A stretch of DNA of 39,067 nt. It comes from a virus. Shown one piece after another: positions 13,488 to 21,132 of this stretch (positions are counted from its first letter, which is position 1; each line of letters opens with the position of its first letter). The notes below the pieces were generated by a model. The model did no database searches. It saw only the letters and a list, made by a program, of their open reading frames with translations, and was not told the DNA's origin. The position numbers were made by a program, and so were the translations under genes. The stretch lies in the IMG/VR virus record IMGVR_UViG_3300005326_000032. One strand, written 5' to 3'.

Positions 13488-14093
13488 ATGAACACGAGGA
13501 TAAAATGGCAACAAGCACAACAATGGGAGAAAGAGTGGTGGAATACCTGTGCTAACACTGTTTGGGAGGATGTTAAACAAATGGGTCTTGCACCGTATTT
13601 AGGACTCAAAATAATTCCGAATGCGTATACACAGTACAGAATACCAATGAATGGGGAGAGTGTGCTTGATATAGGAGGAGGACCAAGTTCAATACTTCTT
13701 AAATGTGAAAATATTAAGGGAACAGTTGTAGACCCTTGTGATTATCCTGCATGGGTGGGCGAGAGATACAAAGCAAGTGGTATTAAGTACCTTAAAATTA
13801 AAGGGGAAGACATACCAACAAACGCTAGATATGACATTGTACTTTTATATAATTGCCTCCAACACACCGAAAATCCCAAAAGAATTATTAAAAACGCACT
13901 AGCAATTTCCAAAGAGGTAAGGATATTTGAATGGATCAACACAGGCACTAACGATGGACACCCTCATTCTTTTACTAAGGAGCAACTTGAGAAGTGGTTG
14001 GGTGGTAGTGGACAAGTAGTTAATTTATCATCTCAAGGGCTTTTCGGAACCGCCTTTTATGGAATATTTATAGGAGATAGCTATGGAAAATAA
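13488..14093 (+). CDS. Class I SAM-dependent methyltransferase
   Basis: 201 aa. Motif I VLDIGGGPSS, post-I acidic VVDP, and YDIVLLYNCLQHTENP, typical of the Methyltransf_11/23-like fold. Confidence 0.65.
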   Translation: MNTRIKWQQAQQWEKEWWNTCANTVWEDVKQMGLAPYLGLKIIPNAYTQYRIPMNGESVLDIGGGPSSILLKCENIKGTVVDPCDYPAWVGERYKASGIKYLKIKGEDIPTNARYDIVLLYNCLQHTENPKRIIKNALAISKEVRIFEWINTGTNDGHPHSFTKEQLEKWLGGSGQVVNLSSQGLFGTAFYGIFIGDSYGK

Positions 14094-14622
14094 AGAGATA
14101 TGGAAGCCAATTAAGGGATTTGAGGGTTACTATGAGATTTCTAATATGGGTAGAGTTAAGAGTTTAGAGAGGATGGTACCCTCTGGGATTTTAGGGTTTC
14201 ATAGAAAACAAAACGAGATTATTCTAAAAGCAGCACAGGACGGGTATGGGTACTTATTTGTATGTTTGCATAAGAATAATCTAAAAAAATACAAAAAGAT
14301 TCACCAACTTATAGCAAGCGCATTTGTTACTGGAGAAAAAAAAGGTTTACAGGTTAATCATAAAAACGGAATTAGAACCGACAATAGCCCAGAAAACTTA
14401 GAATGGATTACACCAAAAGAGAATACTTGGCACGCAATAATGATACTTGGTAAAAAAAGGAGTAAAGAAAACCACTGGAAACACAAGATTACTGCTACCC
14501 AAGTAGAAGAGATGAGGGAGCTTTACAAGACGGGTAAATACTCTCAAATAGAACTTGCTAAAAGATACGGTATACACCGTGGGCAACTATCTAAAATATG
14601 TAATCATAAATCATGGACATAA
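14083..14622 (+). CDS. HNH homing endonuclease (NUMOD4 + HNH_3 + C-terminal HTH)
   Basis: 179 aa. WKPIKGFEGYYEISNMGRVKS (NUMOD4-like), VNHKNGIRTDNSPENLEWITPKEN (HNH), IELAKRYGIHRGQLSKI (HTH). It overlaps both neighbours. Confidence 0.9.
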   Translation: MENKEIWKPIKGFEGYYEISNMGRVKSLERMVPSGILGFHRKQNEIILKAAQDGYGYLFVCLHKNNLKKYKKIHQLIASAFVTGEKKGLQVNHKNGIRTDNSPENLEWITPKENTWHAIMILGKKRSKENHWKHKITATQVEEMRELYKTGKYSQIELAKRYGIHRGQLSKICNHKSWT

Positions 14623-15842
14623 GAACTCCAGGCGTTAGTTTTCTAGATAAAACTATGGTGTCAAGACAAAAGGACCATTTTCGTGTTCATATCGTTGGGC
14701 TATCACACCTACCTGTGAGTGGTAGGTATGCTGGCTGTGCTTTTACTTGTAAGGCTGTAAAGATGGCTAAAATGCTACTAGATTTAGGACATGAGGTTTA
14801 TGTATACGGGGCAGAGGGTGGTGATGTGCCTTGCACAGAGTATATTGTAACGCACTCTTTGCAAGACATTAAAGACGCTTGGGGAGACGGGGATAACAGG
14901 TTTGATATAGGGTATAACTGGAGGGAAGGTATGTTTAGACACGATATTAACAAAGCACCCACTGAGTGTACTAAGAAGTTTGTTGCCAATAGCATAAGTG
15001 AGATAAACAAACGCAAGCAACCTGACGACTTTTTAATGATAATGCAGGGGTATTTTAACAAACCCATAGCAGACGCAGTGAATTTATTCTTAACTATGGA
15101 GCCTGGAATTGGATATAGGGGAAGTGTACCACAACTTAGTAGTGGTAAAACAGTTTACAGGGGCTTTGAGAGTAGCTATATAATGAACTTTACATATGGG
15201 CGAGAGAACGCTCAAACAGGAGAAACACCCAATGGGGCTTATTATGACCGAGTATTTCCTAATTACTTTGATGGAAAAGATTTTACCTTTAAGAGTAAAA
15301 AACAGGATTACTTCTTTTATATAGGGCGTTTGATTCATAGAAAAGGGGTACAAACAGCCATTGAAACAGCCAAGGCTTTAGGTAAAAAGATAATAATTGC
15401 AGGACAACAGGACGATAACGAGAAAATTGATATGAGTTACGAGGGTATTGAGTATGTAGGGTATGTTGACCCAGATAAAAGAACAGAGCTAATGGCTAAT
15501 GCTAAGGCTTGTTTTATTCCAACATGGTATTTAGAGCCTTTTGGAGGTACTAATGTAGAGAGCCAACTTTGTGGTACTCCTGTACTCACAACGGACTTTG
15601 GTGCGTTCTTAGACACAGTAGTACAAGGTGTAACAGGTTTTAGGTGCCATACACTTAATGATTTTGTTCAATGTGCTAAGTTAGTAGACACACTAGACCC
15701 TAAAAAGATTAGGAAACACGCAGAAAGATACTTAATGGATAACATGATGTGGGAGCTTGAGGACTGGATAAGAGAGTTGTATCAAGTGTACCTGTCGGCA
15801 ACAGTGCCTAACACTAAGGGTTGGTCGCTTGTAATGGTATAA
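14613..15842 (+). CDS. GT4-family (GT-B) glycosyltransferase
   Basis: 409 aa. FFYIGRLIHRKG…YVGYV…EPFGGTNVESQLCGTPVLTTDFGAF (E-x7-E region). The start could alternatively be ATG 14655. Confidence 0.85.
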   Translation: MDIRTPGVSFLDKTMVSRQKDHFRVHIVGLSHLPVSGRYAGCAFTCKAVKMAKMLLDLGHEVYVYGAEGGDVPCTEYIVTHSLQDIKDAWGDGDNRFDIGYNWREGMFRHDINKAPTECTKKFVANSISEINKRKQPDDFLMIMQGYFNKPIADAVNLFLTMEPGIGYRGSVPQLSSGKTVYRGFESSYIMNFTYGRENAQTGETPNGAYYDRVFPNYFDGKDFTFKSKKQDYFFYIGRLIHRKGVQTAIETAKALGKKIIIAGQQDDNEKIDMSYEGIEYVGYVDPDKRTELMANAKACFIPTWYLEPFGGTNVESQLCGTPVLTTDFGAFLDTVVQGVTGFRCHTLNDFVQCAKLVDTLDPKKIRKHAERYLMDNMMWELEDWIRELYQVYLSATVPNTKGWSLVMV

Positions 15843-15843
15843 T
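15835..15843 (+). promoter_or_regulatory. Extended -10 promoter TGGTATAAT
   Basis: Family motif. An ACGAGG box follows at 15853-15858, and ATG 15881 lies 22 nt after the box. Confidence 0.55.
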
Positions 15844-15880
15844 TATATATACACGAGGGTTTTAGTTTAACATTACAAAC

Positions 15881-17356
15881 ATGGCAAGAAGTAAACGAGT
15901 TATCCAGAAGTACATTGACTTTAGTGGTGGGTATCAGACATTCACCTCTCCTTTACTACTCAAGGTAAATGAGTCTCCCTTTCTTTACAATGTAGACATT
16001 AGTAAACCAGGAATACTTGGCAAGTCTTTGGGCTTTGCACAGATAGGAACTGGTGTAGGTAGTGGTAGTAATAGGGGTGTGTTTGCATGGAACAAGGAAA
16101 GTGGCACTGATGAGTTATATCAAGTATACGGGGCTAATCTTTATAAGTACAATGGTTCAAGTTTTGCTTCAATAGGGAGTGGTTTTGGAACAGGCTCTAG
16201 CCCAGTTGAGTTTGGGGTGTCTTTTATCAACACAGGAACGGGTGTAGGAACAGCAGCAGAAACCTTTGTAGAAAGAATGTATGTAACACAGGGTTTAGAG
16301 GGTACTATTAAGTACACAACAGGGGCTAGTATATCAAGTATAGCCAATGTTTATGCCAAGCATTTAGAGGTTTATAAGGGGAGATTATACCTAGGAAATG
16401 TTAAAACAAGCACAAAAACATACCCATCAAGAGTAATATTTAGTGAGGTCAGTAAGGATAGTTTTCCAGAGAATAATTATTTTGATGACATGGGAGAGGC
16501 TATAATAGGTCTCAAAGAGTATAGTGGGTCTTTGTTTGTATTCACACAAGACAAGGTAGCAGCATGGGATGAATATGCACTAAGGGTTTTAAATACTAAT
16601 GGTGGAACAACTCACAAAGAAACAATACAGGTAAGTGAAAGTAGGCTACTTTGGTACAACCGAGGTGGGGTATATATTTATGCAGGTGGTACAGAAGCAA
16701 CACTTATTAGTAGACCAATTCAAGACTGGTTAAGTGTAGTTACAACAGCAGATAATGTTACGGGTGGGTTAGACTCAAGGGGTAGGTATTGCTTATATAT
16801 TGGAGATGTTACATTTAATGGGACTGCTTATACAGATGTTGTTTTAAGGTATGACATACTAATTAACTCATGGGATGTGCTTATTAATAGACCTTTTAAG
16901 TATTGGACAAGAAACAAAGCAGCTGGTGTTTACGAAGTATACACAACCAACCCAGACGGACAACAGGTATGGCAAACAGATTTGGGGTATGCACTAAATG
17001 GATCTGCACAGGGTTCAGTTTATCAAACACCAAAGCTGTTTGGAGCAGCAGAGAATGTTGATGATGTTAAGAATGCTTACGAAGTACAGGTCGTTTACAA
17101 GCCAACTGGTGCTAGTGAGTTTTTAACAGCACAGTACCGAATAGGTGGAACAGGCTCGTGGAGCAATGTAGAGGGTACAACAAGTAATGTGAACCTATCA
17201 GGAACAGATGAGATTAAGGTACAAAGACTTATAATGCCAAGTAAGGCTGCGGGTAAGTTTATAGAATTAAAACTTTCTCATAGCTCAAGTGGGGCAGGTC
17301 TTTCTATTTACGGACTCAACCTAATTTATGATACCGAGGCAAGGGAAATACATTAA
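15881..17356 (+). CDS. Tail/nozzle-like virion structural protein (tentative)
   Basis: 491 aa with beta-rich composition, in the tail module. ATGGCA start without SD. Confidence 0.45.
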   Translation: MARSKRVIQKYIDFSGGYQTFTSPLLLKVNESPFLYNVDISKPGILGKSLGFAQIGTGVGSGSNRGVFAWNKESGTDELYQVYGANLYKYNGSSFASIGSGFGTGSSPVEFGVSFINTGTGVGTAAETFVERMYVTQGLEGTIKYTTGASISSIANVYAKHLEVYKGRLYLGNVKTSTKTYPSRVIFSEVSKDSFPENNYFDDMGEAIIGLKEYSGSLFVFTQDKVAAWDEYALRVLNTNGGTTHKETIQVSESRLLWYNRGGVYIYAGGTEATLISRPIQDWLSVVTTADNVTGGLDSRGRYCLYIGDVTFNGTAYTDVVLRYDILINSWDVLINRPFKYWTRNKAAGVYEVYTTNPDGQQVWQTDLGYALNGSAQGSVYQTPKLFGAAENVDDVKNAYEVQVVYKPTGASEFLTAQYRIGGTGSWSNVEGTTSNVNLSGTDEIKVQRLIMPSKAAGKFIELKLSHSSSGAGLSIYGLNLIYDTEAREIH

Positions 17357-17568
17357 TGTTAGTAATTACAGCAGAACAAATTAGACAACAATTAGGGGCT
17401 TATTTAACTAAGCCTTTAGAGGTTAGCTCTGGAACATTATCAACACAACAAAGTGTGTCGGCAACCTCTTTGTCTACGGGTGGTTTAAACGGAAACTTTA
17501 TCATTACTAATGGTGGAATATTAATGTATCAAGATGGAGTTCTAACTCATTTCATTGGGTATGAATAA
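17356..17568 (+). CDS. Hypothetical tail-module protein
   Basis: 70 aa. TAATG overlaps on both sides. Confidence 0.5.
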   Translation: MLVITAEQIRQQLGAYLTKPLEVSSGTLSTQQSVSATSLSTGGLNGNFIITNGGILMYQDGVLTHFIGYE

Positions 17569-18002
17569 TGAAAAGGCCAGTAATTAAAGTAGCAAGGCAG
17601 GGTTACGGGGTTGGGGATGGGGTTAGGTATTTGACAATAGACTCTACTAAAAACCAGCTTAAAGAGTATTTGTCTGCGACTGGTATGGTAACTCTTGCTA
17701 AGACTGGTCTTACAACAGCGAAAGAGATTATAGAAGTGGAACATAACATGGGGTATCAACCCCTATTCCATGGATGGTTTAAGAGAACCTCCGACTCTAC
17801 TTGGTATAAGATTCCTAGTTATATTGATATAACAATAGGTGGGTCGCCTGTGAGCTTTGGGGCTGGTATATCAAGACCAACAGATAATGTTTTACAATTA
17901 TGCTTTTATACAGCAGACCCATTTGCTAGTGATTACGATGAAGATTTTGATTATAAATATATAATTTACATAGACCCCTACAAAGATGCCTGGGACTCCT
18001 AG
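17568..18002 (+). CDS. Tail-module protein, paralog family 'IKVARxGYG'
   Basis: 144 aa. The N-terminus MKRPVIKVARQGYGVG matches the N-terminus of the next ORF. Confidence 0.55.
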   Translation: MKRPVIKVARQGYGVGDGVRYLTIDSTKNQLKEYLSATGMVTLAKTGLTTAKEIIEVEHNMGYQPLFHGWFKRTSDSTWYKIPSYIDITIGGSPVSFGAGISRPTDNVLQLCFYTADPFASDYDEDFDYKYIIYIDPYKDAWDS

Positions 18003-19044
18003 TATAAAAGTAGCAAGAAGTGGTTATGGTGCAACGACTGCGATACCAAGAAACTTATCGTTTAGTAGTGATTACAATCTTAACAAGATAGCAAGGTGTA
18101 TCAAATCTACATCAACAGGGTCCATTGCCCACGGGCTTCCCTATACACCAAAGATTCTTACTATGAGAGAGACTGTAAGTGGTCGGTTTGGGTGGTTTGC
18201 GAAGACCACAGCAGACACAACCAATATAAATGCTACCATTGGAACACATTACACATCGCACAACCCAGACGCAACAGCAAACGATACTGCGAATTGGACA
18301 TATATCTTAATAGACCCACTATCCAGTGGTACTTATAAAAAAGACATGACTAACAAACCAGCTATTTTAGTGGGAGCTGGAGCTACAACCGATTCTGACT
18401 ACAAGTTACATAGTGGCTATGACACCTTTAAGGTTGCTAAAACAGGAACACTTACTATAAATGCTTCTGCCTATGACCCAGGGTCTAGTGGTGGAGTTGT
18501 TGTTACAACTGCCACATATACACATGGTCTTGGATATGCACCAATGTTTGCACCTTTTGTTGATTATGAAACAGACCTATGGTTTTACTACATGGCGAAT
18601 AATGCCTTCAACACTTCTATTATAAATGGTGGAGAATGGCAGGTAAGTGCTGGGTATAAACTTGGAGAGGATGTTATGGACTCTGGTTATAGTTGGTATA
18701 CATGTATTAAAACACATACCTCAAGTGCCACAGACGAACCAGGGATAGGTACTAACTGGGCTACCTACTGGAGGGTGTATGCAGACCCAGACTTTACCGA
18801 AACCTATGTAAACGATATAGAAGACACTAAGGTAAACCTATGGGTGTTTGGAGACGAGGGTGACCATAATTATTACTATATAAAACTCTACTCTACATCT
18901 ACACAGTTGGTTTTAGAGTATACAAGGAAAGTATCCCCTAGTATTCCAGATTTTTATGATTACACACCGGAACCTGCAAGCACCGTCTCTGTTGATTACA
19001 CTATCTTCTATAACGAGGCTGGTGTAGAGTTCAGTTTGTTATGA
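17986..19044 (+). CDS. Tail fibre/receptor-binding-like protein with CBM5/12-like motif
   Basis: 352 aa. N-terminus PSIKVARSGYGAT. Segment W-x-x-S-A-G-Y-K-L-G-E-D-V-…YSWYTCIKTHTSSATDEPG…WATYW resembles the chitin-binding type 3 (CBM5/12) signature. Confidence 0.5.
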   Translation: MPGTPSIKVARSGYGATTAIPRNLSFSSDYNLNKIARCIKSTSTGSIAHGLPYTPKILTMRETVSGRFGWFAKTTADTTNINATIGTHYTSHNPDATANDTANWTYILIDPLSSGTYKKDMTNKPAILVGAGATTDSDYKLHSGYDTFKVAKTGTLTINASAYDPGSSGGVVVTTATYTHGLGYAPMFAPFVDYETDLWFYYMANNAFNTSIINGGEWQVSAGYKLGEDVMDSGYSWYTCIKTHTSSATDEPGIGTNWATYWRVYADPDFTETYVNDIEDTKVNLWVFGDEGDHNYYYIKLYSTSTQLVLEYTRKVSPSIPDFYDYTPEPASTVSVDYTIFYNEAGVEFSLL

Positions 19045-19046
19045 TA

Positions 19047-19055
19047 TGTTATAAT
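19047..19055 (+). promoter_or_regulatory. Extended -10 promoter TGTTATAAT
   Basis: Family motif with an ACGAGG box at 19064-19069. The next + strand gene (19718) is 660 nt away because the minus-strand HNH gene intervenes. Confidence 0.5.
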
Positions 19056-19083
19056 TATATATAACGAGGAGAGGATTTGTTCT

Positions 19084-19100
19084 TTAACAATCTATCTCTT
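19084..19100. repeat. Left arm of the inverted repeat bracketing the minus-strand HNH gene
   Basis: TTAACAATCTATCTCTT is the reverse complement of 19674-19690, with one mismatch and one G-U in 17 positions. Confidence 0.8.
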
Positions 19101-19673
19101 GTGTCTTCCAAAAGCCTCAGGACCTCTCGTATCCCATAGGTAGTGTGTAGCACAACTACGAGAACAACAAACCAGCCTTTCTAAACTTTTAGGAACACTA
19201 AAGTTCTTTTTACAGTAAGGACAAACCTTTTGTATTCTACGAGACATCGCTTGGACAGAAGCCTCTTTTGAATGTAAAATATCGTGTTCTATCTTTGTAA
19301 AAAGTTCTAGGTTGTTAAGATGGTTGTCTTGTTTGTTTCCGTTTCTATGGTGAACAATTTCGTCAGGTAATAAGTACCTACCGAGATGTTTTTCCATAAC
19401 AAGTCTGTGTTCACGCACATACCCCCTTTTGTCTTTATAGGGGTGATCTGGTGAATATATAAGAATATAACCCTGAGAGTTTACACTGCGACCACCATTC
19501 CATTGTGGATGGTTACTACCAGAGTAGTGATGTTTAAACGCAATCTTAATAGTTTTACTATTTTTCCAGCGATATATACCACCACACTTGTAAGAGCAAA
19601 ACTTTGCAGTATTTTTACGATAGTTTCTAACATAAAATGTTTTATTACATTGTAAACACAAAATGGCTACCAT
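19092..19673 (-). CDS. HNH endonuclease with CxxC zinc-ribbon motifs (the only minus-strand gene)
   Basis: 193 aa. EHRLVMEKHLGRYLLPDEIVHHRNGNKQDNHLNNLELFTKIEH, flanked by CLQC…C..C and CPYC…CC.RSC. Paralog of CDS 26894-27547. Confidence 0.9.
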   Translation of the reverse strand: MVAILCLQCNKTFYVRNYRKNTAKFCSYKCGGIYRWKNSKTIKIAFKHHYSGSNHPQWNGGRSVNSQGYILIYSPDHPYKDKRGYVREHRLVMEKHLGRYLLPDEIVHHRNGNKQDNHLNNLELFTKIEHDILHSKEASVQAMSRRIQKVCPYCKKNFSVPKSLERLVCCSRSCATHYLWDTRGPEAFGRHKR

Positions 19674-19690
19674 AGGAGAGAGATTGTTAA
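19674..19690. repeat. Right arm of the inverted repeat bracketing the minus-strand HNH gene
   Basis: AGGAGAGAGATTGTTAA pairs with 19084-19100. Confidence 0.8.
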
Positions 19691-19717
19691 GTTATTTAAT
19701 ATAGTTAAGTATAACAC

Positions 19718-20371
19718 ATGGCCGTATATACTGTAAGAAGTGGTGAAAGTCTAAGTTCTATTGCAAAGAAACTAGGTATATCAAATTGGAGAACATTGTA
19801 CGACCAAAACAAGGCTGTTATAGGTAGTAATCCTAACCTAATTAGAAGTGGGCAACAGCTATCGTACGGATCAACACCAGCAGTAACACCTGTAGCACCA
19901 GTTTCAAATGCAACAACACTAGGTACAGAAGCGGGAGCTGCTCAACCTATTAACTTTGCTAGTGTATTACCATGGGAGCAATATTTTGCACCAGAATTGG
20001 CTCAAGGAAGTGCAGAGCAAGTGTATGCTAATTACTATGCACCTATTGTACAACAGGCACAGGGAGAGTTAGAGACTAACTTTGCTAATAGGGGATTAAC
20101 AAGAAGTGGAATAAGAGGACAGAACCTAGGTGATTTATACAGAAAGTATGGAAGTGAGCAACAGGCAGGTATTGAAGCTGATGTAATGCAACAGCAACAA
20201 ATGGCAAGAGAGGATTATAGCAGACTACAAGACCTTTATGAGTCAAGCTCAGGAAAACAGAAACCAACACAAACGACATATACGCCATATAAAGTGGCAA
20301 AACCAACTACAAGTGCTGGTACTTATGGGTCTTCTTATCTTGATTGGCTTAACAAGGCTACAAGAGTTTAG
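19718..20371 (+). CDS. LysM-domain virion protein
   Basis: 217 aa. N-terminal LysM signature YTVRSGESLSSIAKKLGISNWRTLYDQNKAV…IRSGQQLSY. ATGGCC start without SD. Confidence 0.75.
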   Translation: MAVYTVRSGESLSSIAKKLGISNWRTLYDQNKAVIGSNPNLIRSGQQLSYGSTPAVTPVAPVSNATTLGTEAGAAQPINFASVLPWEQYFAPELAQGSAEQVYANYYAPIVQQAQGELETNFANRGLTRSGIRGQNLGDLYRKYGSEQQAGIEADVMQQQQMAREDYSRLQDLYESSSGKQKPTQTTYTPYKVAKPTTSAGTYGSSYLDWLNKATRV

Positions 20372-20387
20372 TTTAATATAAACAAAA

Positions 20388-21128
20388 ATGGCAACAACAG
20401 AACAGAGGTTAGCAGAATACGAGGAACTTTTTAAGAAAGCTCAATCCTTTGACCCTAATAGGTTTAAGGGCGAGTTTGAGAAGTCTTATGGAGAGGCTAC
20501 TAACTACAACCAAGATTTAATCAACCAACAGTCCCAAGCACTAGGGCAATTACAAAGTGTAGCTCCTACATTGAGAGAAAAGTACGCAAATACGCTTATC
20601 TCAGACCCAACGAAACAAATGTCTTTAATAGCACAGGCAAGACAAGCACCTATTACACAATATGGAACAGCAGCTAATTTACTCAATGCAAGGGGGAATA
20701 GATACCAAGATATATTAGGAAAAGCTTTGGGTGTATATCAAACAGGTGCAGAACAAGCTAATACAGCAGCAGAAAATGCGTGGAGGACATACCAAGACGC
20801 AGTACAACAAAGTCAGTTTACCAGACAACTTAACAAGGGAACTGAGGGTAGTGATAACAACACATTAAACGCACTGTTAGAAATACTTAAAAATGGTGGT
20901 CAGACCCAGACGCCAGTGGTAGTGGACCCAAAACAACAAGTCTATAATGCTATAAATAATATTGTAGACCTAAGGCGGGCGTCAAATATAGAGGCTAAAA
21001 TGCCACAGTATTACAAAGAGATTTTGAACACTGCAAATAAGCTTGGATTAAAGGTAAATACTGAGGCTTTATGGCAACGCCTTGGTAACGATGTAAATGC
21101 GAGACAATCATTAAACTTATTCTTATAA
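20388..21128 (+). CDS. Hypothetical (internal-virion-like, Q/N-rich)
   Basis: 246 aa. ATGGCA start without SD, located between the LysM protein and the 688-aa protein. Confidence 0.5.
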   Translation: MATTEQRLAEYEELFKKAQSFDPNRFKGEFEKSYGEATNYNQDLINQQSQALGQLQSVAPTLREKYANTLISDPTKQMSLIAQARQAPITQYGTAANLLNARGNRYQDILGKALGVYQTGAEQANTAAENAWRTYQDAVQQSQFTRQLNKGTEGSDNNTLNALLEILKNGGQTQTPVVVDPKQQVYNAINNIVDLRRASNIEAKMPQYYKEILNTANKLGLKVNTEALWQRLGNDVNARQSLNLFL

Positions 21129-21132
21129 AGTA

